From an uncultured Megasphaera sp. (GTDB lineage: Bacteria > Bacillota > Negativicutes > Veillonellales > Megasphaeraceae), in the NCBI GenBank assembly GCA_902388315.1, contig CABMPA010000001.1, positions 1 through 35,550 on the forward strand: a stretch of DNA of 35,550 nucleotides, written 5' to 3'. Each line of letters opens with the position of its first letter. Within the stretch, counting starts at the first letter, position 1. Made by a program: the position numbers and the translations under genes. The notes under the pieces are model-generated. The model saw only the letters and a list, made by a program, of their open reading frames with translations, made no database searches and was not told the origin of the DNA. Of this stretch, positions 35,412 to 35,550 are shown in pieces.

Positions 35412-35533
35412 AAAAGACCTGTCGCAACGCGACAGGTCTTTTTTTAGTGGTTAGCAGTTAGTGGCTAGGGGTTAGCGGATGGTTTTAAATTTAAAGCCAT
35501 CTTCTCCAAACTACAAACTCCGTACTACAAACT
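35410..35533 (+). repeat. Composite repeat A plus chimeric B (terminator of gpsA)
   Basis: AAAAAAGACCTGTCGC-aac-GCGACAGGTCTTTTTT; GTTAGNN units; GATGGTTTTAAATTTAAAGCCATC; CTCCAAACTACAAACTCCGTACTACAAACT. Confidence 0.9.
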
Positions 35534-35550
35534 ATTTTCCTTGTTCGATC

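Noticed and set aside
35532..35550. 3' end of a minus-strand gene (..IEQGK, TAG)
   Set aside because: Only 19 nt visible; cannot be supported
1..35550. Prophage, integrase, transposase, tRNA/rRNA or known defence system
   Set aside because: No ORF with such motifs and no tRNA/rRNA signature seen; content is mostly housekeeping

Overview
Core chromosomal window of a diderm Firmicute. Outer-membrane genes (OmpA, Skp/OmpH, AsmA-like, RND adaptor) sit beside Bacillota-type synteny (ffs-dnaX-ybaB-recR-bofA). With the propionate CoA-transferase-type gene, this points by inference to Negativicutes, Megasphaera-like. About 31 CDS are supported: CoA-transferase, exported CbiK under a cobalamin riboswitch, ferritin, PPK2, a long dnaX operon, RocB-like M20 peptidase, a MarR/GntP pair, an SfsA-GIY-YIG fusion, dapF and the oxidative TCA branch (aconitase-like, citrate synthase, IDH) with gpsA. 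An SRP RNA is also present. I see no transposase, phage gene, tRNA or CRISPR. The most unusual signal is non-coding: a modular intergenic repeat family at nine loci. It has GCTGTCGC/GCGACAGC hairpins plus an 80-90 bp palindrome whose conserved AT core is flanked by inverted 7-bp repeat arrays. The heptamer unit is replaced in both arms of one copy and is chimeric in another, and one family hairpin looks co-opted as the B12 riboswitch terminator. Other highlights: an E. coli-like A10-GAGTGA slippery site in dnaX, a probable ATT start codon, a shared promoter motif linking MarR, GntP and the CoA-transferase, and codon-mosaic surface loops in OmpA. Product calls come from recognised motifs, not database searches.
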